Shown piece after piece: positions 1 to 9,338 of a stretch of 64,000 bases of DNA. The first letter of the stretch is position 1; each line of letters begins with the position of its first letter. The notes beneath the pieces were generated by a model. That model saw nothing but the letters and a program-made list of their open reading frames with translations. It did not search any database and was not told the origin of the DNA. The stretch lies in the NCBI GenBank assembly GCA_014874265.1, contig JACWAM010000018.1, positions 5,955 to 69,954 on the forward strand. Reading direction: 5' to 3'. The DNA is from Thermoleophilia bacterium (lineage in GTDB: Bacteria; Actinomycetota; Thermoleophilia; BMS3ABIN01). The translations under genes and the position numbers were made by a program.

Positions 1-336
1 CAGCACCGTCTTGCCACTCACATCCGGAGGGGCTTCCTTGCCGCGGTATTTCTGATAGCGGCGCTTGATCTCTTCGGTCTGCGTCTCTACTTCCTCCCGG
101 ATGTAACGGTCACTTACTTCATACAATTTGGCGGTGTTTTCATCAAGCAACAGATTGCCATCCGAGTCAATGGAACCAATCGCGAGCTCCGGGTTGAGCG
201 GCGCGCCGATCTTCCGTGTTACCCAGACATCGAGCGGCAGCTCCAGCGCCCCCGCGATCTCGGCGGCGACAACGACGCCACCGCGCGGCAAGCCGAGAAC
301 GATGGCGTCGGCGGCGCCGCGGTACTGCTCCACCAT
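1..336 (-). CDS. phosphoribosyltransferase-family protein, 3'-partial view (gene continues beyond window start)
   Basis: Minus-strand frame from ATG at 336..334 reads MVEQYRGAADAIVLGLPRGGVVVAAEIAGALELPLDVWVTRKIGAPLNPELAIGSID..., a PRTase-type fold. The track ORF 128..385 (+) is the antisense frame. Confidence 0.5.
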   Translation of the reverse strand, partial: MVEQYRGAADAIVLGLPRGGVVVAAEIAGALELPLDVWVTRKIGAPLNPELAIGSIDSDGNLLLDENTAKLYEVSDRYIREEVETQTEEIKRRYQKYRGKEAPPDVSGKTVL

Positions 337-518
337 GGAGACCAGCCGCTCACCGGCGTCCTTTCGGTCTTTAAAGAACAATTAAACCTCTCATAGAATC
401 ATGATTGACCTGGCAGTAGTTTACAATGCCGCCGGCCGTATTCCCACTGTACAATAATTGTAACGGATTTGATGGCGGGTACGGCCCCAACCCGACCGGC
501 GCCGCCGATAAAATGGGC

Positions 519-1520
519 TTAAGGCGCAAATGCGCCGCTGGCTCTGGCTCCAATGGTCAGGTAACCGGGATAACCGATCGCCGGCCGGAACCTGGCGGCG
601 CTGGCGATCATGGCGGCATTGTCGGTACATAGCTGCGGCGGCGGAATTCTCAACCGCAAATCTCGCCGGTCACATTCCTGCTTGAGCCGCCGTCTCAGTT
701 CACTGTTGGCGCTGACGCCTCCCGCCAGGCAAATCCGGCGGCAGTCAAGCTGGACGGCAGCGCTGATCGTCTTTTTAATAAGCGCGGACACGACTGCTTT
801 CTGATAAGAAGCAGCGATGTCGGCCTTCCGGCTGCATGCCTGCTGCTCGCCCGCCTTGCGCAAGTAATAATAGAGGGCGGTCTTTACGCCGCTAAAACTG
901 AAGTCGAGGTTGCCGGGACGATCGAGCCCAATCGGAAAGGCGGTAAAATCGGGATCGCCGCCAGCGGCCAGCGAGTCAAGCTCCGCGCCTCCGGGATAAC
1001 CGAGGCCGAGCAGCCTGGCTCCTTTATCCAGCGCTTCACCCGCCGCGTCGTCGAGTGTCCGGCCGGCAATCTCCAATGAGCCGCGCTCCGGAACGTGAAC
1101 GATTGACGTATGTCCCCCGGAAGCAATTAGACAGATCATCGGCGGCTCCAGCGGCTCCGGTGGAAGGTAATTGGCGGCGATATGTCCTTCCAGATGATCG
1201 ACGGGAACAAAATCAGCTTCGAAAGCGTAAGCTACCGCCTTGGCGGTAGCGACGCCGACCATGAGAGCGCCGATGAGACCCGGGCCCGTGGTTGCGGCGA
1301 CCTTGCCGATCTGACCGGGACGGACGCCTGCCTCGGACAGCGCCGCTTCGATTACGGGGTTAATTAGCTCCAGATGACGGCGAGAAGCCACTTCCGGCAC
1401 GATGCCGCCGTAACGGGCATGAAACTCGTCCTGGGATGAGACAACGCTGGCAAGCAGTTTGCCGTTATCCAGAACGGCGGCGCAGGTATCATCGCATGAG
1501 GTCTCGATGGCGAGGATCAA
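519..1520 (-). CDS. tsaD: tRNA N6-adenosine threonylcarbamoyltransferase TsaD
   Basis: 333 aa, MILAIETSCDDT...GHIAANY...SGGV, Kae1/TsaD family. Part of the tsaE-tsaB-rimI-tsaD operon order. Confidence 0.9.
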   Translation of the reverse strand: MILAIETSCDDTCAAVLDNGKLLASVVSSQDEFHARYGGIVPEVASRRHLELINPVIEAALSEAGVRPGQIGKVAATTGPGLIGALMVGVATAKAVAYAFEADFVPVDHLEGHIAANYLPPEPLEPPMICLIASGGHTSIVHVPERGSLEIAGRTLDDAAGEALDKGARLLGLGYPGGAELDSLAAGGDPDFTAFPIGLDRPGNLDFSFSGVKTALYYYLRKAGEQQACSRKADIAASYQKAVVSALIKKTISAAVQLDCRRICLAGGVSANSELRRRLKQECDRRDLRLRIPPPQLCTDNAAMIASAARFRPAIGYPGYLTIGARASGAFAP

Positions 1521-1969
1521 GCCAGCATGTCCTCAGAGTCCTTCCACATGATCAACGCATCCTCGCCGTTGTCGCTGTAGTACCCTTTGCGAAGACCGGT
1601 GCAGATGAACCCGAAACTTTCATACATCTTGATGGCGCCCCGGTTTGATTTTCTTACCTCCAGCGTGTAGCCGCGATGTTGCTCACGACCGCACAGCTCG
1701 AACAGGTATTCGAGGAGCTCGGTGGCGATATACTGGCGTCGGTGATCTTCGTGTACCGCGAGATCAAGCAGATGCCAGACCTCCACGTACTGCGTGGCGA
1801 TCGTATAACCAACAACCTGCTGGTCTGCTTCGGCCACGAGGCAGACGCTTGCGTCCTTGGCCAGCTGCGTGATGAAGGCGTTATGCGACCACGGCCGGGG
1901 AAACGAATCCTTTTCGATTTTAACCACGTCATTCAGGTCGGCCAGTCGCATCGGCCTGATCAGAGCCAT
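1517..1969 (-). CDS. rimI: ribosomal-protein-alanine N-acetyltransferase RimI (GNAT)
   Basis: 150 aa GNAT fold between tsaB and tsaD, with 4-nt overlaps typical of this operon. Confidence 0.8.
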   Translation of the reverse strand: MALIRPMRLADLNDVVKIEKDSFPRPWSHNAFITQLAKDASVCLVAEADQQVVGYTIATQYVEVWHLLDLAVHEDHRRQYIATELLEYLFELCGREQHRGYTLEVRKSNRGAIKMYESFGFICTGLRKGYYSDNGEDALIMWKDSEDMLA

Positions 1970-2685
1970 ATTCCCTTCTTTCGGAGCAGAACCGTCTTGT
2001 CGGCATCGGGCTCCCTGATGTAGGCGGGGAGCACATCAAGCAGATCGCGAGAATCATACTTCATCTTTAATCCCGGAGCGGGCAGATAATAAACCGCCCG
2101 CACCTTGTGGCGGCGGTCCGCCGCAGGAAGCGGCTGGACCGGCTTTTGGTCAAACAATGCGAAATAGGACAGGATACCGTTGCCGGCTGCCCGGACGGGC
2201 CTGTCTGTCAGCGCTGCAATTTTTCGGATCAGATCCTGAGGCGCTTCACAAAATACGCCGGAGGCGGCCATGACTGATGCCGCATCTGTTCGGTAAAGCT
2301 GGGCAAAAACCTGCCCCCGGCGCGCGTCGATGACGGGAAGTAGCAGCTCTTCCATGTTGCCGAACGCAAAATCCGCCATCCCTTCGGCCAGCGCCGCCAG
2401 CGAACTTTGACCCTGAAGGGGAGTCTCAAGCGATTGACTCAGGGCGCGCGCCGTCGCCACACCGACACGGAGGCCGCTGAAAGTGCCGGGGCCGGTGCCC
2501 ACACAGATGAGGTCCAGGCCCGCCGCGGTCATCCCGGCATTGCCAAGAAGATCGTTTATCGCCGGCAGAAGCAACTCCAGGTGCGATCTCCCGGCTTTAA
2601 TGTTGATTTCACCGAGCAGCTCCTGGCGGTTTCCCAGCGCGATGCTGAGGTCTTCTGTTGCCGTGTCAAAAGCGAGAGCCCGCAA
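1960..2685 (-). CDS. tsaB: tRNA threonylcarbamoyladenosine biosynthesis protein TsaB
   Basis: 241 aa, MRALAFDTATEDLSIAL... Inactive Kae1 paralog placed between tsaE and rimI. Confidence 0.85.
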   Translation of the reverse strand: MRALAFDTATEDLSIALGNRQELLGEINIKAGRSHLELLLPAINDLLGNAGMTAAGLDLICVGTGPGTFSGLRVGVATARALSQSLETPLQGQSSLAALAEGMADFAFGNMEELLLPVIDARRGQVFAQLYRTDAASVMAASGVFCEAPQDLIRKIAALTDRPVRAAGNGILSYFALFDQKPVQPLPAADRRHKVRAVYYLPAPGLKMKYDSRDLLDVLPAYIREPDADKTVLLRKKGIWL

Positions 2686-3133
2686 TCAGCTCCTCCACCT
2701 TTTTTTTCAAGTCATCACGAACCCGGTAGAAAGATATCAGCCGGCTGGTCTCATCAATATGCTCAAGTTGAATGATCATGGCCGGCTCGGCCAGCCCGTC
2801 AGCGCCCCGCTGGGGCCACTCGACAAACGTGATCGCGTCAGCCTCAAAAAACGGCTCCAGCTCGGCAGCGTCCGCCCCGGTCACTTCAGGCAGGCGGAAA
2901 AGGTCGAGATGGTGTACTTTGACCTTGCCTGGATAAGTCTGCCCGATAGTAAAGCTGGGGCTGGTCACCGGCGCGTTGACCCCCAGCTCCCTTGCCGCGG
3001 CCCGAATAAATAAAGTCTTGCCAGCGCCGAGCTCGCCGGATAAAAAAATGACATCGCCGGGATTTAGCAGCCGGGCGGTGATGGCGGCCAGCTTCCCGGT
3101 GTCTGCATCCGAGATCGACAGATACTCCAGCAC
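2666..3133 (-). CDS. tsaE: tRNA threonylcarbamoyladenosine biosynthesis ATPase TsaE
   Basis: 155 aa with Walker A LSGELGAGKT, YjeE/TsaE family. Confidence 0.85.
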   Translation of the reverse strand: MLEYLSISDADTGKLAAITARLLNPGDVIFLSGELGAGKTLFIRAAARELGVNAPVTSPSFTIGQTYPGKVKVHHLDLFRLPEVTGADAAELEPFFEADAITFVEWPQRGADGLAEPAMIIQLEHIDETSRLISFYRVRDDLKKKVEELIAGSRF

Positions 3134-3141
3134 TTGAATTC

Positions 3142-3846
3142 CTAAAAAAGGCCCAGCTGAATGTCGCCGTCTACCTGCTTCGCCGGGGGCGGATCGGGTT
3201 CATCCCTCTTACGGGAAGTCTTGCCAGGGGCCGCCGCTGATGCCGCCGCGCCGGAAGTGGGCAGCGTGCCCGCCGCCCCCGCCTGTTTGAGTAACTCGGC
3301 AAGCTGGTCAAAATCTTTCTCAAGAGCCTGCAGATTTGACGGAGTGTATAGAGCCGCCGCCGGATGATAAACGGGGAAAATTGTTACCTCGCGGTCCGCC
3401 ATGGTTGAACGGACAGGTTTACCGTGTACCCGGGAGATGCCATCATCTTTGCCTGATAAAAGTTTTGTGGCGAAGTTTCCTAGCGTGCAGATGACGCTCG
3501 GCTCGATCAGGGACACCTGCCGTTCCAGATATCCTCGGCACTGCTCGATCTCGCCGGCCTGGGGGTCGCGGTTCCCGGGCGGACGGCACTTAAGCACATT
3601 GGCGATGAAAACGGCGCCGCGGCTTAAGCCGATTCTGTCGAGCAGTCTGTCCAGCAGCTTGCCAGCCTGGCCGACGAACGGCTGGCCGAGCCTGTCTTCA
3701 TGGTAACCCGGAGCTTCGCCGACGAACATGAGTCTGGCGCCAGGGTCACCGGAGCCAAAAACGGATTTGTTCCTGGTTTGATAAAGAGGGCACAAGCGGC
3801 AGGAATCAACCTGCCTGGCGAGTTCTTCAAGGCTGGAAAGGTCCAC
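3142..3846 (-). CDS. uracil-DNA glycosylase, family 4 (4Fe-4S)
   Basis: Motifs CRLCPL, GEAPG, VLKCRPPGNR and HPAA. Track ORF 3142..4032 has a long unlikely N-terminus that overlaps the FmdB gene. GTG at 3846..3844 gives a family-4-like N-terminus immediately after the FmdB stop. Confidence 0.7.
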   Translation of the reverse strand: MDLSSLEELARQVDSCRLCPLYQTRNKSVFGSGDPGARLMFVGEAPGYHEDRLGQPFVGQAGKLLDRLLDRIGLSRGAVFIANVLKCRPPGNRDPQAGEIEQCRGYLERQVSLIEPSVICTLGNFATKLLSGKDDGISRVHGKPVRSTMADREVTIFPVYHPAAALYTPSNLQALEKDFDQLAELLKQAGAAGTLPTSGAAASAAAPGKTSRKRDEPDPPPAKQVDGDIQLGLF

Positions 3847-3848
3847 GA

Positions 3849-4118
3849 TCAGCGGCAGCCGGCGCAGGATGATTTGTTGCAGGGGGCGCAGTTCTTCGCG
3901 GAACCGGCGCTGCCGGATGAGGAGAACGAGAAAGCTGAAAGCAGCCGGTTCACATCCACCGACGCACAAGCAGGACAGCAGACAGCGGTGGCATCCTGTG
4001 ACCGGACCAGTTCCTCGAACCGGACGCCGCATGAGTGACAGCTAAATTCATATATCGGCATGACAGCACCGTCATTATCTTGCAAATTGCAGGCTAAAAT
4101 TGAACGAAAAAGCGGCAT
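3849..4118 (-). CDS. FmdB-family zinc-ribbon protein
   Basis: MPIYEFSCHSCGVRFEEL...CPACAS with a Ser/Gly-rich tail. Classic FmdB CxxC...CxxC ribbon. Confidence 0.75.
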   Translation of the reverse strand: MPLFRSILACNLQDNDGAVMPIYEFSCHSCGVRFEELVRSQDATAVCCPACASVDVNRLLSAFSFSSSGSAGSAKNCAPCNKSSCAGCR

Positions 4119-4207
4119 TTGCCACCAATTAAAACTCTAATTTATATAGGTGCTCTTTGCAAGAATTGGCCGCCGGCTGTTATGCTTTTTCTTTAAAGCC
4201 AAAGCGT

Positions 4208-4243
4208 GGACCCACAAGCGCCGCCAGGCGCTTGGGTGGGTCC
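4208..4243 (+). other. GC-rich hairpin (7+7 bp stem with a 2-nt bulge) in the panC/fmdB divergent intergenic region
   Basis: ggacccacaagcgc-cgccag-gcgcttgggtgggtcc. No T-run follows it. Confidence 0.4.
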
Positions 4244-4301
4244 GGCAAGCCGGCCAATGTCTGGTATCTCGTTTTCGAGAACTGGAACGGAGGAATGACT
4301 G

Positions 4302-5219
4302 ATGAGCATTAAAGAGAACGCCGAAATCCGGCCCAACCTTCGATCTCGGTTGCTTGTTTCTACCGTCGGCGAATTGCGCCGCCGCGTCGACCGGGCGCGT
4401 TCGCAGCCCGGGGCCGTTATCGGACTGGTTCCCACCATGGGTTTCTTCCATGAAGGCCACTTGAGCCTGATGCGGGCGGCGCGGGCGGAATGCTCTTATG
4501 TTATAGTCAGCGCTTTCGTCAACCCGATTCAGTTTGGAGCCACGGAAGATTTCAATACATATCCGCGCGATCTTGACCGCGACCTGGCCGTGGCCGCCGG
4601 CGAAGGTGTCGATCTCATGTTCGTCCCGCCGGAGCATGAGGTTTATCAACAGGGTTTTGACACGATGGTTGTTCCCGGCAAGGTATCGGAAGGGCTTTGC
4701 GGCGCCAGCCGGCCGGGTCACTTTCGCGGCGTTGCCACTATCGTGGCAAAACTATTTAACATAGTCAAACCGGACGTTTCATATTTGGGCCAGAAGGACG
4801 CTCAGCAGGTCGCCGTCATCCGCCGCATGGCCACCGATCTAAATTTCGATGTCGCCATCAGGGTCTGCCCGATTGTCAGGGAACCCGGCGGACTGGCGAT
4901 GAGTTCCAGGAACACTTATCTGTCCGATGAGGAGCGGGAGCAGGCATCTGTTCTTTTCCGCGCCCTTTCTGCGGCGAAGGAGGCTGCCGCTTCCGGAGAG
5001 ACAAGCGTATCCAGGATCAGGAGAAAGATAAAAAAAATGATCGGCGGCGAGTATCTGGTTGATCTCGAGTATGTCAAGATCGTCAATCCAGTTGACCTGG
5101 AGCCTGTCGAAGAAGTAAAAACGGAGGCGCTGGCTGCAGTAGCCGCCAGGGTGGGCCGCACCAGGCTGATCGACAATATGATTCTTACGCCGGGAGGCCC
5201 AAATGCGGCTGATGCTTAA
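4302..5219 (+). CDS. panC: pantoate--beta-alanine ligase
   Basis: 305 aa with motifs VPTMGFFHEGHLSLM and GHFRGVATIV. Confidence 0.9.
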   Translation: MSIKENAEIRPNLRSRLLVSTVGELRRRVDRARSQPGAVIGLVPTMGFFHEGHLSLMRAARAECSYVIVSAFVNPIQFGATEDFNTYPRDLDRDLAVAAGEGVDLMFVPPEHEVYQQGFDTMVVPGKVSEGLCGASRPGHFRGVATIVAKLFNIVKPDVSYLGQKDAQQVAVIRRMATDLNFDVAIRVCPIVREPGGLAMSSRNTYLSDEEREQASVLFRALSAAKEAAASGETSVSRIRRKIKKMIGGEYLVDLEYVKIVNPVDLEPVEEVKTEALAAVAARVGRTRLIDNMILTPGGPNAADA

Positions 5220-5562
5220 GAGCAAAATTCACCGGGCCACGGTCACAGGAGCGAGCATTGATTACGAAGGCAGCATCAGCATCGACAGCAGACTGATGGC
5301 GGCGGCCGACATCCGCGAGTACGAGCAGGTGCAAGTTCTTGACCTCGACAATGGCGCCCGGCTAACAACTTACGCCATCGCCGGAGCCGCGGACGAGATA
5401 TGCATAAACGGCGCTGCCGCCAGGCTGGTGACGGTCGGAGACCGCGTCATTATCCTGACTTACCACTGGCTGGATGAGGCGGAGTGCGGTTCGCTGCCGG
5501 TCATAATCCATGTTGACGAGAAGAATACTCCGGTAGCCAGGACGGGGACGGCAGCGGTTTAA
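5203..5562 (+). CDS. panD: aspartate 1-decarboxylase
   Basis: 119 aa, MLKSKIHRATVTGASIDYEGSISID, pyruvoyl-dependent PanD. Overlaps the panC stop. Confidence 0.9.
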   Translation: MRLMLKSKIHRATVTGASIDYEGSISIDSRLMAAADIREYEQVQVLDLDNGARLTTYAIAGAADEICINGAAARLVTVGDRVIILTYHWLDEAECGSLPVIIHVDEKNTPVARTGTAAV

Positions 5563-5601
5563 CACGGAAGCGGTCATAGCGAAAAAGGGGAGACTTCAAA
5601 C

Positions 5602-6066
5602 ATGCAGGCAAAGAAAAGAACTGTTCCGGACGCTGCGGGCGGGAAAGCGGCGGTGTTTACTAGGCAGCTCGAATACCGGACTGAGGAAGAGCTTGATCTG
5701 GTCAACGTCACTGAGGACGTGGTCCGCGCTGTCGCGGAGAGCGGCCTCGCCCAAGGGACCGCCACGGTGTTCGTGCCCGGCGCCACCGGCGCCGTCACCT
5801 GTCTTGAGTACGAGCCGGGAGTCATAGCAGATTTCAAGGCGGCGCTGGAAAGGATCGCCCCCCGCGGCCTCCCCTATGACCATAATGTTTACCAAGCGGA
5901 TGGCAACGGCCATTCACACGTGCGCGCCGGCCTGCTCGGCCCTTCCCTGACGGTGCCGGTAATTGACGGCGAACTGAATCTGGGAGTATGGCAAAGCATA
6001 GTTTTGGTTAATTTTGACAACCGCCGCCGCAACCGCCGCCTGACCATCCAACTGGTCGGATTTTAA
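5602..6066 (+). CDS. YjbQ/UPF0047 family protein (secondary thiamine-phosphate synthase-like)
   Basis: 154 aa with GNGHSHVRAGLLGPSLTVPV and LNLGVWQSIVLVNFD. Confidence 0.7.
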   Translation: MQAKKRTVPDAAGGKAAVFTRQLEYRTEEELDLVNVTEDVVRAVAESGLAQGTATVFVPGATGAVTCLEYEPGVIADFKAALERIAPRGLPYDHNVYQADGNGHSHVRAGLLGPSLTVPVIDGELNLGVWQSIVLVNFDNRRRNRRLTIQLVGF

Positions 6067-6079
6067 GCGGGTTCTTGCC

Positions 6080-7369
6080 GTGACTCCCATCATTCAGATC
6101 GCCCTGGATTTTGTGGATCTCCCCCGCGCCCTCGTGGTTGCCGCCGAGGCCGTCCAGGGGGGCGCCGACTGGCTTGAGGCGGGCACGCCGCTGATCAAGA
6201 GTGAAGGGCTTGAGGCGGTGCGCGAGCTGAAACGGCGCTTTCCGGATCATCCGATCGTCGCTGATCTCAAGACGATGGACGCTGGCCGGTACGAGATGGA
6301 AGCGGCGGCCAAGGCCGGCGCCGCCGTCGCCGGCGTCCTGGGGACGGCCTCGGACTCTACCATCGTCGAGTGCATTGAGGCGGGCTCAAATTACGGTCTC
6401 AGGATAATCGTCGACATGATCGAGGTCGCCGATCCGGTGAGACGCGCCCGGGAGGCGGAAAAGATGGGCGCCCATTATATCGGCATCCACACCGCTATCG
6501 ACCGGCAGATGCGCGGCGAGACGCCGTTTGAAATCCTGAGGCGTGTCAGGGAGGCGGTCAGCATCCCGGTTGCGGTGGCCGGGGGGATCAACTCGGAGAC
6601 GGCCGCGGAAGCAGCCCGCTCCGGCGCCGGCATCATCATAATCGGCGGCGCCGTCACCAAGGCGGCCGACGCTGTTGTCGCGGTACGCCAGATCAGGCAG
6701 GCGGCTGATACCGGCCAGGCGATTGGCACCACTCTTTACAAGCGGGCCGCCGGCGAGGATATCCGCGACATCCTGGCGCAGGTTTCCACCGCTAATATCT
6801 CCGATGCCCTGCACAGGGGCGGCGCCGTTGCCGGCCTCCGTCCTGTGTTTACGCCTGTCAAGATGGCCGGGCCGGCGGTGACGGTCAGAACTTACCCGGG
6901 GGACTGGGCAAAACCAGTAGAAGCGATCGATCGCGCCGCGCCGGGCGACATAATCGTTATCGACGCCGGTGGCGTCGGTCCGGCCGTCTGGGGCGAACTC
7001 GCCACCGAGAGTGCTCGCGAACGCGGCTTGGCCGGGGCGGTAATCTTTGGCGCCGCGCGCGACACCCCCGAGATCCGCCGGCTCGAATTCCCTGTCTTTG
7101 CCAGCCTGGTGATGCCGGCGGCGGGTGAACCGAAGGGATTTGGTGAGATCGACGTTCCCGTGACGATCGGCGGCGTTAAGTTAAACCCCGGGGACTGGAT
7201 CGCCGGAGACGAGGACGGCATTGTCGTCCTCCCCCGGGCGAGAGCGGCGGAGACCGCCAACCGGGCGATGGACGTGCTCGAGAGGGAGAACCGGCTCCGG
7301 CGGGAGATTCAGGAGGGCAGCACGCTCAGCAAGGCGGCGCACCTGCTTAAATGGGAGAAGACGAGGTAA
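6080..7369 (+). CDS. fusion protein: 3-hexulose-6-phosphate synthase-like (OMP-decarboxylase fold) N-domain + RraA-like (class II aldolase/DMK-methyltransferase-like) C-domain
   Basis: N-terminal IIQIALDFVDL...DLKTMDAG...GIHTAIDRQ (HPS/KGPDC family). C-terminal ISDALHRGG...VIDAGG...GELATESARERGLAGAVIFGAARD...DWIAGDEDGIVV (RraA family). Confidence 0.65.
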   Translation: MTPIIQIALDFVDLPRALVVAAEAVQGGADWLEAGTPLIKSEGLEAVRELKRRFPDHPIVADLKTMDAGRYEMEAAAKAGAAVAGVLGTASDSTIVECIEAGSNYGLRIIVDMIEVADPVRRAREAEKMGAHYIGIHTAIDRQMRGETPFEILRRVREAVSIPVAVAGGINSETAAEAARSGAGIIIIGGAVTKAADAVVAVRQIRQAADTGQAIGTTLYKRAAGEDIRDILAQVSTANISDALHRGGAVAGLRPVFTPVKMAGPAVTVRTYPGDWAKPVEAIDRAAPGDIIVIDAGGVGPAVWGELATESARERGLAGAVIFGAARDTPEIRRLEFPVFASLVMPAAGEPKGFGEIDVPVTIGGVKLNPGDWIAGDEDGIVVLPRARAAETANRAMDVLERENRLRREIQEGSTLSKAAHLLKWEKTR

Positions 7370-7394
7370 CGCTGTGAACAGGCGGCAGGACCGT

Positions 7395-7616
7395 TTACCT
7401 GAGATTGATGATCCGGTGCAGTCTTAGCCTGACGTCATCGGGTATCTTCTGGCTGGGAATCGAGTGGTAAAGCTCAATAGTCTGACGCAGCGTGTCAACC
7501 ACCACCCGGCAATTCTTGCAGGTCTTAAGATGCAGCTCCAGCTCCCGGCACTTGATCTGCGCCAGATCCTCATCGAGATAATCGGAGAGGTTTTCAAATA
7601 TTTCCTGGCAGTTCAT
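7395..7616 (-). CDS. zinc-binding (ZAS-type) anti-sigma factor, soluble
   Basis: 73 aa with the H-x3-C-x2-C motif HLKTCKNC plus upstream Cys residues and no TM segment. Sits immediately downstream of the ECF sigma gene. Confidence 0.65.
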   Translation of the reverse strand: MNCQEIFENLSDYLDEDLAQIKCRELELHLKTCKNCRVVVDTLRQTIELYHSIPSQKIPDDVRLRLHRIINLR

Positions 7617-7622
7617 ATTATT

Positions 7623-8225
7623 TCACTCTTCCTCTGCGAAGTAACTTGAAAGCCGGTTTCTCAGGTAAAGCCGGGCCCTGTGCAGCCGCGATTTAACCGC
7701 TGCCACCGACAGCCCCAGAACCTCGGCTACATCCGCCGCGGGCAATCCCTGCACGTCACGCAGGACAAAAACCGCCTTGTAAATCTCGGGCAGCTCGCCG
7801 ATTGCTTTTTGCAGCTCTTTTCTGGCTTCTTCGTCCAGCAGGCTTGTGGCGGGATTCGTCGACCAATCTGTCAGAACAACGCCGGAATGGGCGGCTTGCC
7901 GCACCGAATACACGTCATCGAGAAACTCGCTTTCGCTTTTTTCCCTCCTGCTTCTTTTTCGAATCTTGGTCAGCGCCGCGTTCGCGGCGACCCGGTAAAG
8001 CCAGGTAGAAAAGCTTGATTTCCCCTTGAAGCTGTCCAGCCCCCGGACCGCGTTCAGAAAGGTATCCTGGAGGACGTCCTCTGCGTCTTCCTTGTTGCCC
8101 AGCATCCGATATGCCAGGTTATAGACTCTGTCCTCATAACGGGAAACAAGTTCTTCCAGAGCTTCAGAATCGTCCCCCCTGATCAGCGCGATTAATTCAT
8201 CATCAGTGTGAACATTTTTATTCAT
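7623..8225 (-). CDS. ECF-type RNA polymerase sigma factor (sigma-70 family)
   Basis: 200 aa with region 2 (LQDTFLNAVRGL, FSTWLYRVAANA) and region 4 (AADVAEVLGLSVAAVKSRLHRAR). Confidence 0.85.
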   Translation of the reverse strand: MNKNVHTDDELIALIRGDDSEALEELVSRYEDRVYNLAYRMLGNKEDAEDVLQDTFLNAVRGLDSFKGKSSFSTWLYRVAANAALTKIRKRSRREKSESEFLDDVYSVRQAAHSGVVLTDWSTNPATSLLDEEARKELQKAIGELPEIYKAVFVLRDVQGLPAADVAEVLGLSVAAVKSRLHRARLYLRNRLSSYFAEEE

Positions 8226-8227
8226 CT

Positions 8228-8280
8228 GTTAGACTATTTGTTGATGTAAAGGATTCTCTGCATGTCAGCGATAGTCTAAC
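8228..8280. repeat. 10-bp inverted repeat (gttagactat / atagtctaac, 33-nt spacer) abutting the sigma-factor start codon
   Basis: Arms at 8228..8237 and 8271..8280. The start codon is at 8225..8223, so on the mRNA the proximal arm covers the -12..-3 region. Confidence 0.5.
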
Positions 8281-8424
8281 ACGTGAGGGCCTTCCCCGGT
8301 GGAAATGAATCCTTCCCCGGGGATCATCATCAAATAAATAGCAAATTCGGAGCAAGTTCGGACTTCCATGCAAGCAGGCTGAACCGGCGGAAAAACCAGC
8401 AGGTTAAAACGGAAGGTGATTCAG

Positions 8425-8636
8425 TGGCAATCTATGATTTGAAGTGCAATGAATGCGGGAACGAATTTGAAAAGTTCGTTACGGGCTTCTTGAAAGATTC
8501 TGACAAGGAGTGCCCCGACTGCAATAGCCGGGAAGTTATCCAGGTTTTTACCTCCTTTGGTATCGGCTCCTCCGGGAGCGGAGGCGGCGGCAGTTATGGC
8601 GGGGGCTGCGGCCCCGTCGGGAGCCCGTTTGGCTGA
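8425..8636 (+). CDS. FmdB-family zinc-ribbon protein
   Basis: GTG start, (M)AIYDLKCNECGNEFEKF...CPDCNS with a Gly-rich tail. The track ORF 8283..8636 has an implausible N-extension. Confidence 0.7.
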
Positions 8637-8701
8637 GGCTAGAGTCCCGGGTCCGTGCGGCCCGCGAACAGGAGCCTAAATAAGGAATTCTGAAGGAAAA
8701 G

Positions 8702-8896
8702 ATGCAGCAGGCAACGGTAAACAGCAATTTGTGTACGGCGCATGAGCGGTGCCCGGCGAGGGAGGCCTGTCCGACGAAAGCGCTGTTTCAGATGGATCCC
8801 GGAGAGGTGGCGACGGTAAACAGCGCCCTTTGCCGAGGCTGCGGCACCTGCGTTTCCGCTTGTCCCGCGATGGCAATCAAGATTCGCCATTTATAA
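8702..8896 (+). CDS. small 4Fe-4S ferredoxin
   Basis: 64 aa with CRGCGTCVSACP and a second Cys cluster CTAHERCPAREACP. Confidence 0.7.
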   Translation: MQQATVNSNLCTAHERCPAREACPTKALFQMDPGEVATVNSALCRGCGTCVSACPAMAIKIRHL

Positions 8897-8985
8897 ATAG
8901 GGTATTATCACATAAAATAATCAGGGGTATGGCGGAACGGCGGCTTTAAGAGAGCGCTGCCGGTTAATAAACGAAAGGAGAAAAA

Positions 8986-9312
8986 GTGGCAACGGATAGT
9001 GTGATGGAAGTAAGCGACGCCAATTTTCAGGCTGAGGTTCTTAATGCAGAACTGCCTGTGATCGTTGACTTTTGGGCGGCCTGGTGCGGTCCTTGCCGGA
9101 TGGTCAGTCCTCTAATTGAAGAGATCGCCAAGGATTACGAGGGAAAGGTCAAGGTCACCAAGCTGAACGTTGATGAGAACAGGGAAACGGCGGGCAAGTA
9201 CGGGATCATGAGTATCCCGACAATATTGCTATTCAAGGACGGCTCCGTGTCAAAGCAGGTGGTGGGCGCCATGCCAAAGACGGCGCTCGTAGCCGAGCTG
9301 GGCTTGTCTTAA
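8986..9312 (+). CDS. trxA: thioredoxin
   Basis: 108 aa with the WCGPC active site (FWAAWCGPCRM). Confidence 0.95.
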   Translation: MATDSVMEVSDANFQAEVLNAELPVIVDFWAAWCGPCRMVSPLIEEIAKDYEGKVKVTKLNVDENRETAGKYGIMSIPTILLFKDGSVSKQVVGAMPKTALVAELGLS

Positions 9313-9338
9313 AAAGCCTTTCAGCAAGAAGTTAATTA

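Noticed and set aside
128-385. Track ORF on the + strand (85 aa, Ser/Ala/Pro-rich).
   Set aside because: It is the antisense frame of a minus-strand PRTase-family gene with a clean ATG at 336..334, and has no protein-like features.
4137-4721. 194-aa minus-strand ORF.
   Set aside because: It overlaps panC in antisense and has a non-protein-like composition. It lies in the panC/fmdB divergent promoter region.
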